This document shows positions 35,501 to 47,886 of a stretch of 64,000 nt of DNA, piece after piece. Numbering within the stretch: position 1 is the stretch's first letter; every line of letters begins with the position of its first letter. This DNA comes from Selaginella moellendorffii (lineage: Eukaryota > Plantae > Lycopodiophyta). The DNA is taken from contig NW_003314313.1 in assembly GCF_000143415.4 (NCBI RefSeq), forward strand, positions 1,081,430-1,145,429. Reading direction: 5' to 3'. The translations under genes were made by a program, and so were the position numbers. The notes beneath the pieces are model-generated. The model saw only the letters and a program-made list of their open reading frames with translations, searched no databases and was not told the DNA's origin.

Positions 35501-38500
35501 GCAGAGATCTTGGCAAGAGGCTGTTGACTCGTGGTACAGTGAACGAGTAGATGCTGCGAATAATGCTGTGCATGCGTATCGACGTGCAATCCATTTGCTA
35601 CCAAGCGAAGGGAGTCTGTATCGTGATCTTGCAACCGCAATGGAGTATATGTTGAATTTAAAGAAACCTTCCAGACCCTCACAAACAAGATGGTAACACC
35701 ACTTTCTCTATCATTTCTCTGACTCGTATTCTGCCAGGTTCGAAACGGAAATTATTGTCTGCTGTGGTTTGCAACACGATGGATCGAACGCGGACATGTG
35801 GGTGTCTCTAGCTCTCGTCACTCAACACAAAGGACTCCGGCAGCATGCTCTTATTCAGGCTCTCCGACTTGATGCAAACCATGCAATTGCATGGGCTTAT
35901 CTAGGCCAAGTACGTGTTCTGTCCCCTCGAAGCTGTGTGTATTTATCTTTGCCTTTGCAGCTCTATTTGAGTTTGGGTGAGCAAGTCCTGGCGCAACAAT
36001 CATTCGATAGAGCTCGAAGTGCAGATCCAACTTTATCATTGCCATGGGCCGGAATGGCACTCATCCATTATAATTTAAGCCAGAGGTTTTTCTTTTTAAT
36101 TCTTTTCTGAAGTTATCTTCTTACTTACTCACGCATTTCATCCTTTTGTAGAACTGCCTCGAAGGATCAGGCTTTAGAAGCGTTCGCAAGCTGTTCCTGT
36201 GCTGTGCAACTCTCATGTGTAAGCATGAACGTGTTCCTTTGTCTCTTTTTGTATCTCATAAATTCATGTCAGGCACCTAACGTACATCTCGGGGTTGGCC
36301 AACTAGCGGCGCAGACGCAGAATCTTGGCCTACCTCAGGTCAGTGTTTTTATCCTCTGTAGAGTCAATTCGTAATGTTGTGGTTGTTCCAGGTGAATTTG
36401 GCTCTGCAACATGCATCTCAAAGACAGCCATTACAAGCAGCAGCACATAATCTGCGAGGGCTGTCATGTGAGTCCAGAAAGGATTACATGCCAGCTGTTG
36501 TAGCGTATAGGAATTCCCGTTCTGCAGCTACAAAAGCATTACTATCTAGTGAGCTTCAGACTCTTATTACGGCGAATCTTGCTCGAACTTTATGCAAGGT
36601 CAGAAGCTTTTCCTTCCTCTTTCTATACTGATTGTTGTCAGGGGGTCCAGGCTGGAAATGCGAAGGATGCAGTTCTGGAGTATAACAAGCTTCGTGATTC
36701 CGGTAAGAAAGCCTTACATATTTGTTCTAACTTGCAAGATTTGTTGTTTGTTGTGTAGCTTCGTTAGATGACTTGGATGATATCCGAAGCTATGCAGTTG
36801 CATTAAGGGACTCGGGACAAGGAGCTCAGGCGGAGGTACTCATAAAGAAGGCACTAACCGCAAGAACACCACACGACAGCAGAGCACAGTTCGCTGCTAT
36901 GCTCGTGCTTCTCTCCAAATTAACATACTTCAACCAAGGACCTGTGCCTGGGTTTGACGTTCTATGGAGTGCTCCTGACATACTCTTTTTGGACGAAGAA
37001 CTTTGCTTGACGGCTCTTTCGCTGGCACTCTCTACCTGTAGAACAGATCGGATTTCTGCAGCCATTAGTCGATGCCGTTATCTATTCACTTCAAAGTACG
37101 CAGCAGATGCGTACGTGCTAATTGCATCAATGAACCAGGTGAGCTTTTCGTTCTGTCATTCTAATGTGCGAAGCTGTTGATTTGCTATCAGGCTGAGGTA
37201 ATTCCGGACTTGAAAAGAGCACTGCATTGTTACCCCACGAGTGGCATCTTGAGGTAGAAATTTCCATTTCCTCCTAAAATGATGCCGCTTATAATAACGT
37301 CTCTTCCTTTGCAGAGCAAAGCTGGGAGAGATTATTCTTTCTCATGGTTCTCATGATCATGGTTCAACTTCAAAACTGGTGGAACGATTGTGCAGCATGA
37401 GCTCTCTGATTTCAGATGACAGGCTGACGCAGAAGTTGAGTTCGTTGGTTCTTGTTGATGCTACGGTTGCGTGCGGTCAATATGGCACGGAAATACTCCT
37501 TCAGCTGCAGAGGTGAAGGTTTTATCCCGTCGTTTCACATTTGACACTTGCTGTCTTTGCAGGCTGGTTCACCGCGAGCCCTGGAACATGAAGGCACGAT
37601 ATTGCTTGATACTGGTTTTGCTTGGTGGTGCGCGAAGACAAGGCTTTCCTCGTCATCTCTGCCATACTATACTACGAATATCGACAACTACTCTGTACCA
37701 TCTCCCTTCTTCCTCTGATCGTCAGGCTGCCTACATGCGAATGCAGATAGAGCTTTGTGTGTCGGAGAGTGAGCTGAGGCTCGGCAACTACACTTGCGCT
37801 CTTGACCGAGCCGTGGCATCTCTCAACGCCATCAAGGGGTTCTCAGATCTCAACGCGGCTCCTGCGTACCTCCAGCTTGCTCGCTGCTATCGTCTACTCA
37901 ACGACTTGTCTCATTTAGTAAAAGGAGCAGTGGCAGGGTGGCAGCAGCAAACAGATGTAAAACGAGACAATGCTCTTTGGCACTTGTCACTGCTGGAGCT
38001 GCAGCTATGCTGTGGAGTGATCAAAGAGGAAGACAGTGTGTTACTCAGGCTCAGGCATTTGCTGCAACAGTCCAAGCAGGGATGGTTAGCACTTCTCGAA
38101 GTGATGCTAGCACGCTTTTATTATCAAAGGGGTGAGCCAGAGCTATCAGAGGATGCTGCAGCCAATGCATTGCTATGGTGGCCAAACAATCCAGTGTTGT
38201 GTCTCTTCCATGGTACGTTAACAGGCATGAGTTTTGATCGATTGAACTGACCTGCGCTACTTTGTAAAGGTGCGGTATCTTTGGAGCTGGCAAAGTCGGG
38301 GAAGGGAGCCAGCTATGCATCTAAGGCTGTTTCAAGCCTTGGAAAAGCGGTGCGAGACAAGGGTAGAGAGCTTCCGACAGCATACGCTCTTCTAGCTCAA
38401 GCCGAGTCAAGCGGCAGCAAAGATGGATCGAATCGGGCAGGTGTGGTAAAAAAATGGGCCAAGCACCTGCGAGCAGCGTTCCTGGCATGGCCTACAACAG

Positions 38501-38738
38501 GTACTACTACACAAGTGTGTCATTGTTGCTTTCGTTTATTTCATTGTTTCTTACAGAACATCCAGTACCAGCAGAGATGTTTTTCCTCATGGCTTTACTA
38601 TCCAAGCAGCAAGTAGGGGGCGAGCAAGGCGAGAGATGCCCCGAGGACGATAGAACTTGGTGGTCATGGCTACAGGCGGCTGTGCATTTGAACCCGACAT
38701 GTCCAAAGTACTGGACATTATTAAAGCAGATAAAATAG
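32544..38738 (+). CDS. SKI3: SKI3/TTC37, copy B, interrupted by an assembly gap
   Basis: Same exon structure as copy A with scattered substitutions. I saw no coding stop or frameshift. N-gap at 35341-35440. Confidence 0.9.
35341..35440. other. Assembly gap (100 N)
   Basis: Run of N. The flanks correspond to 17362 and 17424 in copy A. Confidence 1.
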
Positions 38739-39469
38739 TTCTTTTTTACGAGTTATTTTCCACCCTATGCGGTGTTGTTCTGTACTTCACCTTAGCATCC
38801 TTTTTCCTGAACAACATTCATGCTTCTGGAACTTTTAAATCCCAAATATGAGCAATACTGATCAAGGCTGGAACGCTTTAAAGTGGTTTACCAGTGACTT
38901 TGCTTAAAGATTGAACTTAATTTCTGTTATAGATAACCTACATACCTACAAACTTAACAACTTCATTACAGTAAAGCCTTTCAAGAATCAATTTAGCCAA
39001 TTTTCAAGACTGAAATTATAACAACGATGATTGCTCATGGGCTAGTTTTCCTAATTTTAGAAAAGGTAAAAATTAAATCTTTGTCTCTTATTTCTTTTTA
39101 GTCTAATTAGTTTAGTGAATATTGTGATGAACCTTGTCACTTTTATAAAGTAGTTAAGAAATTTACAAATTGACAATTAAATTGAAAGTGAGATTGAATA
39201 TGATATTCAACTCACCTTAAACCACTTAGAGGAGTATCTCTTTATAAATCCTTATCCCTACTTATAAACTTCCTAGCCTCAAGGGGTGATTTCAAATTTA
39301 CACTATTGTTACACTTGGTCTAAATGCTTTATGTGTTTAACTTTGTTTCAAACACTAAAAAATATTATTAATTTTTTAACTTGTTATGCTAAAGTTATAT
39401 CCATTTTTATTATCCTATTGGTATTCTAGATCCAATTACACTATAGTAACATAAGATTGAATTATCCAT

Positions 39470-39800
39470 CTATAGTTGGTCATTTTATGACCACACTTTA
39501 ATATCTTTATGATGTTCTAAAATATAGGAAACATCATCTTCAATATCCTTCCTTCAATTTCACTAAATTCTTTTTCATCCATGGGTGGTCATCCCATGAC
39601 CACACTTTAACACTTTTATAATGTTCTAAAATATAAGAATCATCATTTTCAATATCTTTTTTTCAATCCTACTAAGTTTTTTTTCATTCATGGGTGGTTA
39701 TTTTATGACTACACTTTAACATCTTTATGATATTCTAAAATATGGGAAATACCATTTTTAATATCCTTCCCTCAATTCCACCAAGTTTTTTTTTATCCAC
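39470..39800. repeat. Three diverged tandem copies of a 109-bp AT-rich unit
   Basis: The atgac(c/t)acactttaa anchor recurs at 39487, 39596 and 39705. Confidence 0.85.
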
Positions 39801-41347
39801 GACAGTGCTTGTTAACAATATCACTAGATTAGAGCTCTAGAGGCCCAATCATTAAGTTCCATTTACCTTTAAGACTTCTTCACCACGTGATTATACTCTT
39901 GGTCATTGAGCAAAAAGATTACTCCTCTTGTTTTCCATATATATATTAGCCTTAAAATTTAAACCCTAAATCAAGTCACCCCATTTATCTATCCATATTC
40001 ACTCTAACTTTGAACTTTTTAATAGTTATATCATCACTCACCACATGGGTGTAACAATTTTAGGTTATATTAGCCATTTACATGGAAATATAGAAAAGAA
40101 AGAAAGGTATTTTAGATTAAAAAATTATAGTTAATTTACTATAAAAAGTGTTTAACAATTATTATAAAAGGATTTTATATGTTTTGTTTTAGTTAAATAA
40201 AGTAATATTTGTGATGTTTAATTGACTATTTCACAAAATAAAGCTGAAACATATATAATCAAAACAAGTGTGTGAAAATGACTTTAAAATTATCATTTTG
40301 CAAACAATATAATATGCTTTTCATGTTTTTTAGTAAGAAAAATTTATTTCTTTCTGTGTTTATAATTATAAACTTTTCACCTAAATACCAAGGGTGAGTT
40401 CAATAGCTTATGTTTAAAAATATACAAAAATAGAGTTAAGTCATAAATATTCACATTATAGTTATTACAAAAAAACTATCCATTTATTTAAGAATATGTA
40501 ACTATATTGAAATAAGCGATGTTCCCACAACCCAAACAATCCTTTGAATAATGTCTGCATTTGGGTGATGACTCAGGGTTGTTATTGTTTCCTTTTATTA
40601 TTTGTTATTGTTTGTAATTGTTTGTAAAGAGTAATGAAAATCAATTGATTAGCAAAACTGGAAAGAAAAAGTTTAATTACTTATAAAGTTTATTGTAAAC
40701 TATAATAAAAGATAAAATAGTCTCACCAATTTTTTTTCTAATATATAATCATTGAAAAAATAATTACTTTATCTTATGCTCATAATACCAAACTTTATTT
40801 CAGCATTAAGAAAACTATAGTTTTAGGAATACATTCAACTGAGTTTTAAAATTCTTTCAATAAATAATACTTAATAATAATAACACACAAATAAATACAT
40901 GTTACATACAACAGCATCCTTGGCAATACTGTTCTGGACACCAAGCTCATCCCAAATATCATCATCAAAGACTCCCATAGTGGGGACAAGCTTGCCTAGT
41001 GGAAAATAGCCTCATATTGGCAACTGTGGATGCCAATACCACTACACACTTTCTGATCCCCATTGCATCCACAGCATTCAGTTTATCCTCTTTGCGGATC
41101 CACGGGCAGGTCGACCGATAGGCGCTGTTCTCACAATCTAAGTGTTAGCCATGCTCTTTCACTGTCACTCACCTCCAACCATGTAAATTATTCGTTGCGT
41201 TTAGGGCAAATTCAAATGTGTTCTTGGCTCTCGAGCGGCGCGCTACTTAATGGCGGAGCTTGCAATCGCTTATTCCCCGGACCCTCTCGTTCATAAACAA
41301 TTTCTCCTGGCGTGCTGCATGCTTGACGATTGGAACGAATCTTAATG

Positions 41348-41447
41348 NNNNNNNNNNNNNNNNNNNNNNNNNNNNNNNNNNNNNNNNNNNNNNNNNNNNN
41401 NNNNNNNNNNNNNNNNNNNNNNNNNNNNNNNNNNNNNNNNNNNNNNN
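41348..41447. other. Assembly gap (100 N)
   Basis: Run of N. Confidence 1.
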
Positions 41448-41612
41448 CGACGTCGCGCTTGGCACTGATTCCTTCGCGTTTTGACTCAAAACCTCACTTT
41501 CAATCGATTCATTCCAGGCGAGGCGAGTGAGGCGAGCGAGCGAGGCGAGAGAGAAAACTATCTTTTGTTTCTTTTTGTCTCTCTCTTCTGTCGTTCTCGT
41601 TAGATCGTGATC

Positions 41613-42828
41613 ATGCTGGCGATTTTGCTGATGTTGTCGCTCCTGGGAAGCTTAAGCTTTGCCAATGCTCAGGAATCATCAAGCGGCGGCGATGGTGGCA
41701 GTGGGCTCAAGCACAAATTCTACGCGCTCTCGTGCCCCCAGGCAGAGGATATTGCTCGAAGAACGCTCCAACGAAACAGGATGAGCGATCCCACCGCCCC
41801 TGCGGCGCTCCTCCGCGTCGTCTTCCATGATTGCCAGGTTGAGGTACGTGATTGCGGTGATCGTGACGATTCTTGAGAGGAAATGAGGGAAAAGAAAGCT
41901 CTCGACTTGCTTTTGCAGGGATGCGATGCTTCGATTCTACTCGAGACATCTTCCGCGATGACCGCCGAGACCGTGTCGGAGAAGAATTTCTCCATTCGCC
42001 GCTTGGATTACATTCACGACATCAAGGCCGCCATTGAAAAGGAATGCCCCGGCATCGTCTCTTGCGCCGACATCATCGTTATGGCTGCCAGGGACGCCAT
42101 CGCAATGGTGTGGGGATCTTTTCTTGTTCGATCGATCGATCGATCAGCTTGAGTTGAGGAACTTCTAACACTTTGCTCTTGATCTTGCAGTCTGGTGGTC
42201 CACAAATCCCGATCGAAACTGGGCGAAGAGACACTCTCTTCGCCAGTAACTTAAACGCGGACGAAGCGCTGCCCCCTCCAACATTGACCGTGAGTGAGAT
42301 GCTCGACACTCTCGCGGAAAAAGGCCTTGACATCGAAGAGAGCGTCGCCATCTTAGGTAAGAAAACCATCCCAATCCCATGTCCGCATCGATCGATCATG
42401 GATTGGTCGATTTCTTGGCAGGAGCTCACACATTGGGCGTTGGGCACTGCCTGAATTTCATCAATCGCTTCGATCCCCAGGACAATGGCCCCCAGATGTC
42501 GCCCTTCTTCTCCACGGCGCTCAGGGTCTTGTGCCAATCACCCCCTTCGATGAGCAATGCCACATTCGCGCCCAACGATCTCACCAATTTCATGTTTGAC
42601 AACCAGTACTTCCGCGATCTGCAAGGCCAGCGCGGATTGCTCACCGTGGACGCGGAGCTCCCCATCGATCCACGCACCAAGAAGCATGTCGATCTCTTCG
42701 CGCTCAATCAGCTCCTCTTCTTCGCCAAATTCAGCGACGCCTTCGTCAAGCTCACCAGCTTCAATGTGCTCACGGGCAGCGATGGTGAGATTCGGAGGGA
42801 TTGCCGGGCTGTGAATCGAGAGCCCTAG
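41613..42828 (+). CDS. Class III secretory peroxidase (PER29-like), 4 exons
   Basis: Signal peptide, DPTAPAALLRVVFHDCQVE|GCDASILL, CPGIVSCADI, GRRD, proximal GAHTLGVGHC, FDNQYF, GEIRRDCRAVN. Classical three-intron pattern. Confidence 0.95.
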
Positions 42829-42939
42829 GAGAGCTCTGACCTTGGGGAAGTAAAAGAAGATTTCACGATGAGCGATCACTGTTCGTTCTTTGATGCTCCA
42901 GGCGCGTATTTTCCCAGCCTTTATGACGCGTTTGATCGC

Positions 42940-42970
42940 AGCCGTTGGATTGGCCCTGGGTCCAACGGCT
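42940..42970. promoter_or_regulatory. Inverted pair of MSA-consensus (MYB3R) elements upstream of the kinase
   Basis: AGCCGTTGGA (42940-42949) and TCCAACGGCT (42961-42970) both fit YCYAACGGYY. Confidence 0.55.
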
Positions 42971-43186
42971 GTGGCTGGCCACAGTTGTTGTGGCTATGGC
43001 GACCAGGAGCGCTTAGCGATGGCGCTCGGGCGGGCGCGACGCACCGCCTTCGTGTTCTCTCCAGGTAATCGCGATGCCGCAGCGCATTCTCGAGAATCCG
43101 CGAGGATCAGTTCTAGATTCTAAGGCATGGATTGGAGCGGATGATCCAGCTCGGGAAGGTTAGATCGAGCGCAGGAGGAAGAGGAG

Positions 43187-44506
43187 ATGGTTCATTTGTC
43201 ATGCAAGACGGAGTCGGCCGTGATCACTTGCAAGGCTCACAAGGACGACATCGAGCCGGCCAAGCTCAAGACGTTTAGGTACAAGGATCTCGAGGCTGCC
43301 ACTGGGGGTTTTGCGCGAGAATTCTTGCTGGGAAAGGGCAGCTATGGCTGGGTCTACAAGGGCTGCCTCAGGGATGGCAAGCTCGTCGCGGTCAAGCGAT
43401 CGTCCCTGGCCAGGAAGAACAGCCAGGACGATAATCCTCTCGACAACGAGCTGGAAATTCTCTCCAAGATCAGGAGCACGCGGCTCGTCAATCTGGTGGG
43501 CTATAGCAGGGACAACAAGGAGACCGTCTTGGTGGTGGATTACATGGCCAATGGAACTCTTCACGACATCCTCCACTGCCGGAACGAGCCACTGAGCTGG
43601 AGCATTCGCGTCCAGGTCGCGCTCCAGATCGCCAAGGGATTGAGAGCTCTCCACAGCGCGTCACCTCCAGTGATCCACCGCGATATCAAGTCGTCCAACG
43701 TTTTGATCGACGCGGACTGGAACGCTCGGCTAGCGGACTTTGGTCTGGCTCTTCGTGGGCGGATCGAGGACGTGATCAGGCTCTCCACTCCACCGGCGGG
43801 GACGATGGGATATCTGGATCCGGGATACGTGAGTCCCGGCCACTTGAGCACCAAGACGGACGTGTTTAGCTTCGGGATCCTCTTGCTGGAGATCATGAGC
43901 GGCAGGAACGCGATCGACGTGCAGTACTATCCTCCCAACATCGTCGACTGGGCGCTGCCGCTGATCAAGCAGGGAAAGGGTGCTGCGATCTGCGATCCAA
44001 AGTCCAAGCATCCCACCAATGCCGAGGCTCTCAACGAGATGGCTGGAGTTGCTGCTCGCTGCGTCAGGCTCTCGAGCTCTCGGAGACCAACGATGGCCGA
44101 GGTTGTCAAGGAGCTGCGGGAGATCAGCAAGAGGATCCAGATGCCCATCTGGAACAGCATCGTCAAGCCGCTCAAGTCGTCGCTGGATCTGGCAGCCGAG
44201 GGGTACGATCAGTGGAAGCTCTACAAGCGATCGTCCTTGCTGGAGGTGAAGAGAAAGCTCGAGAGCAAGAAGATTGTGAATAGCAGCAGCGCCAGCAGCA
44301 GCAGCGCCGCCAGCCGAGAAGGCAGCAGCTGTTCTTCGCTAGCAATCGGGGATGATCCATGTATGGATCCGATCGTCAAAGCGCCAGGGACGAGGAGAGC
44401 AAGAGTGAGGATGATCTACGCGGAGGACAAGCTCAAGCTTGATGTGAACAAGACGTCGAAGAACAGATCAAACGGACCGAAGATGGGCGATTTCCTCCTC
44501 GCATAA
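43187..44506 (+). CDS. Receptor-like cytoplasmic Ser/Thr kinase (At1g28390/At3g51990-like), intronless
   Basis: GKGSYG, VAVKR, HRDIKSSN, DFG, GTMGYLDP, DVFSFG. No signal peptide or TM helix. N-terminal xxLSCKxESAV. Confidence 0.92.
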   Translation: MVHLSCKTESAVITCKAHKDDIEPAKLKTFRYKDLEAATGGFAREFLLGKGSYGWVYKGCLRDGKLVAVKRSSLARKNSQDDNPLDNELEILSKIRSTRLVNLVGYSRDNKETVLVVDYMANGTLHDILHCRNEPLSWSIRVQVALQIAKGLRALHSASPPVIHRDIKSSNVLIDADWNARLADFGLALRGRIEDVIRLSTPPAGTMGYLDPGYVSPGHLSTKTDVFSFGILLLEIMSGRNAIDVQYYPPNIVDWALPLIKQGKGAAICDPKSKHPTNAEALNEMAGVAARCVRLSSSRRPTMAEVVKELREISKRIQMPIWNSIVKPLKSSLDLAAEGYDQWKLYKRSSLLEVKRKLESKKIVNSSSASSSSAASREGSSCSSLAIGDDPCMDPIVKAPGTRRARVRMIYAEDKLKLDVNKTSKNRSNGPKMGDFLLA

Positions 44507-44638
44507 AACAGCGTACGGAATGATTATTCATAAGAATATTCTCGAGTTTTGTTTCCACATTCATGATCTAAAACCCCTAGGCGCCAATTTTCGACGGCGC
44601 GTCCAGCATTGATTCGATCGGCGCTCGCGCGGCGGGCG

Positions 44639-45795
44639 ATGGCAAGAAGGGAGAGGATCCCCTTTCAGGTCGGCGAGGAGGTCGAATGCACGACATTCAT
44701 GGAAGGGTATCGAGGCTCTTGGTTTCGTGGCAAGGTAAAGGAATGGCGGCGCTGTCTTGCTCGATCTTGAGGCGTCCTTCTCACAGATTTTGGAATGGAA
44801 GAGGCCTCCCAGCGGCGCAAGATGCTTGGTGCGATATTTGGACTTCACAGATAGTATGTGGTGTTGTGGTGATTCTTTCCTCGGGCGGATTTCTCACCTC
44901 TATATCTTCCCCTCTCACATTTCTCGCTCGAGCAGGAGACTACTCGCACAAGCTCTATCAGCTGGTGCCAAACAAGCGGCCGATGAAGAGGATGATGATC
45001 CGGCCAGCGTATCCTCTCATGGTCACTCCGGCCGATCCGAAAGAGGTTTCCAAGCTACATTCTTTCTTCGATCGGGATTGGGCGGTGGGAGATCACGCCG
45101 ACTACGTGCTGAGCGGCGCGTTTTGGGAGTGTATGGTGATCGAGATGGTGAGCGCCGAAGTTGTGAAGGTGGGAGAGCGTGTGATTCTCTTTCCTGTCCT
45201 TTAAGTCGGTTTTGTTTCCTTGTCACACAGATTCGGTGCCCCGATTTTCCGTTTGGAGAGGGAGGAGACTATCAAGTTTGCAAGAATGAGCTGAGACCAG
45301 GCTTGCAATGGTCGATGGAGTCTGGCTGGTCCGTCAAGAAAAACACGCTCATGCCTGAGGTTTGTGTGAGCACTTCTTCTTTGTTCATCACCAAACTACG
45401 TACGTGCAGCTTCCTCCTCTGGTAAACCTGGAGAGTCCTGCTTTTGCTACTCGACGAGAAGAAAGACACAAGCTTTCTCCTAAAGGTATGGTGGCTTTGC
45501 TGTTCTTTTGAGACCTGAAAGCTGGAATGCAGTGGCGAGCATGATCACAGACTCCGGACCTGATGAAAGCTCGACGTCATCTGCTCCATGTGCGGCAGAG
45601 AATGAAAATGCAGCAGCTGATCAAGGATTCCTTGACGAGCAAACTACGTCAGATGAGGAGGAGTTGGAAGATATGTCCACGCTAGGAGAAATGGTGGAGA
45701 AGGTCAGATTCATGAGGGACGTGCTCGAGTATGGGATGCGAGGCTGTTTAGAGCTCAGATCGCAAGTAGACTGGGAGATAGCTGCTAATCAGTAG
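44639..45795 (+). CDS. Agenet/Tudor-like domain protein, multi-exon
   Basis: Exon 1 MARRERIPFQVGEEVECTTFMEGYRGSWFRGK|, then MMIRPAYP, WAVGDHADYVLSGAFWE, LRPGLQWSMESGW and a C-terminal helix LGEMVEKVRFMRDVLEYG. Internal splice sites only partly verified. Confidence 0.75.
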
Positions 45796-46032
45796 GATTA
45801 CTTACTACTTCGGGGATAGTCGACGACCAGTATCTAACTACAGAAGCACCTTTCTGGACGCAGAAGGAAATGATGCCGGGCTGGGAAAAAAAGAAGCTCC
45901 ACTCAGAAGCACATCAGGAGCACAGTGGTTCAGATGATGATGACAGGATCAGACAGCAGAAACTTGCTTCAAGCACACTCAGCTCAGCTCAAGTCCAAGT
46001 TCGTCATCCTCAGCGCTCGCTTCTCGAGTTCT

Positions 46033-47839
46033 ATGGATGCGTGCAAGCTCTGGTTGATCGCTTCGAGTCTTGTACACTGGCTGTTGCTCTTCAAGATGAG
46101 TCACGGGACGCCGCTGCCGCCAGTTCGCTGCTTGGCCGACGGGAGTTTCAACTGCACTGTGTCTGGGACGTATGGGACGTGGCCCGATCGCTCACCATGT
46201 AGAGCCGCGCGAGCTTTGTTCCCTGCTTCGGAGGAAGAGCTTGTCACTGCTGTGGCCTTTGGATCTCGGAACAAGATGAAGATGAAAGTTGTAAGTAAAT
46301 CTTCTCACAGCATGACCAAGCTCGTCTGTCCCGGGGGTGACGAAGGTCTCATCATCAGCACGCAGAAACTCAACCGGATTGTTCAAGTGGATCCATCTAC
46401 AAAGACCGTCGTTGTAGATTCGGGGGTTCAGCTCCAGGACTTGGTGGACAGCGTTGCTAGATTCGGGCTCTCGCTGCCGCATTCTCCCTACTGGAACGGG
46501 CTTTCCATTGGAGGAGTGATAAGCACGGGAGCTCATGGGAGTTCTCTGTTCGGGAAGGGATCTGCAGTTCACGAGTACGTCATCGCCATGAGGCTGATAG
46601 TTCCGTCTCCTTCGGCCGAGGAAGGATACGCCAGAGTAATCAACGTAACAAGTGAGGCGATGCTCAACGCTGCAAGAGTATCGCTTGGAGTTTTAGGCGT
46701 CGTCTCGCAAGCCACGCTCGCTCTAGAGCCGCTCTTCAAGAGGTCCGTCCGAATCCAGCAGAAAGCCGATGCAAGCCTGGAGGATGAGATTGTAGAGCAT
46801 GGCAGGATGGCCGAGTTTGGAGACGTTGCCTGGTATCCGTCGCAAAAGACAGCTCTCTTCCGGATTGATAACCGAGTTCCGGTGGACACACCAGGAGAGG
46901 GAGTGAACGAGTTTCTTGGTTTCAGGCCCGAAGCAACTGCACTGCTAAGAATGCTGAGGATGTCTGGTAAGTTCTAGTTTCCTTGGTTCAAACAGAGAAC
47001 ACAGAGAACGTTGCTTATCTTGTGCAGAGGAGCTTTACGAAGCCACCAACAATCCGGCCGGTAAATGCACCATGTCCACGCTCCAGGTCGACACTCTAGT
47101 CATGGCCGGAATGGGATTCAAGAACCAGCTGCAAAAGTTCACCGGATATCCTGTCATTGGCTTCCAGAACAAAATCCAGACAACCGGTACCTGTGAGAAC
47201 GTCCTGGATCAACACCACTTCTGTCCGTGGGATCCCCAAGCACACGGCTTGTTCTTCCACCAGACAACCGTTTCCATATCGCTGGACAGGATCAGAGACT
47301 TCATTGTGGACGTGAAGAAGCTGCGGGACATGAATCCGAGCGCCTTCTGCGGCGCCGAGCTCTATTATGGCGTGCTGCTGCGATACGTGAGAGGATCCAG
47401 GGCCTTCCTGGGAAAATCTGAGGACTCGGTGGACGTCGACATCACTTACTATCGATCCAGGGACGCACACACTCCCAGGCTGAATCAAGACGTCTACGAG
47501 GAAATCGAGCAGCTGGCCGTGTTTAAGTACCGTGGTCAGTCGCACTGGGGGAAGAACCGCAACGTTGCTTTCATAGGAGCGGCTGAAAAGTATCCAGGCC
47601 TCACCACCTTCTTGCAAGTGAGGCAAAGCCTTGATCCCGAGGGGCTCTTCTCCAGCGAGTGGTCGGACTCCATGCTTGGATTGAGCTCCAGCGGCGTGGC
47701 CAATAGCCAGGCAAAGCACTGCGCGCTCGAGGGACTTTGCCTGTGCTCCTCGGACGAGCACTGTGCACCCGAGAAGAAGTACTACTGCCGTCCCGGGAGA
47801 GTTTTTGCAAATGCCAGAGTTTGCCGCAAGGGAAGCTAA
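46033..47839 (+). CDS. L-gulonolactone oxidase-like (plant GULLO/ALO family) FAD oxidoreductase, 2 exons
   Basis: Signal-like N-terminus, CTVSGTYGTWPDR, SHSMTKLVCPGG, SPYWNGLSIGGVISTGAHGSSL, CPWDP, HWGKNRN, DPEGLFSSEW, CALEGLCLCSSDEHCAP. Intron at about 46967-47027. Confidence 0.93.
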
Positions 47840-47886
47840 GCAAGTATGGTTCTTGAAGTTGAAAACATAACTCCTTTTTTGTAGAG

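Larger units (their letters stand above)
25839..38923. repeat. Segmental tandem duplication, copy B
   Basis: Starts at tcgtccgctaccatctcc (=7790). Homology ends after aaagattgaacttaattt (=21018). Confidence 0.97.

Noticed and set aside
36108-36110. Earlier ORF stop in SKI3-B than in SKI3-A
   Set aside because: It lies in an intron.
36757-36770. Apparent TAG in SKI3-B (tcgttagatg)
   Set aside because: In the spliced frame it reads GCT TCG TTA GAT, so it is not a stop.
39470-39800. Possible CRISPR-like array
   Set aside because: Whole units are homologous with no unique spacers, and the context is eukaryotic.
40900-41340. GC-richer stretch before the gap
   Set aside because: No convincing ORF, RNA gene or homology recognised.
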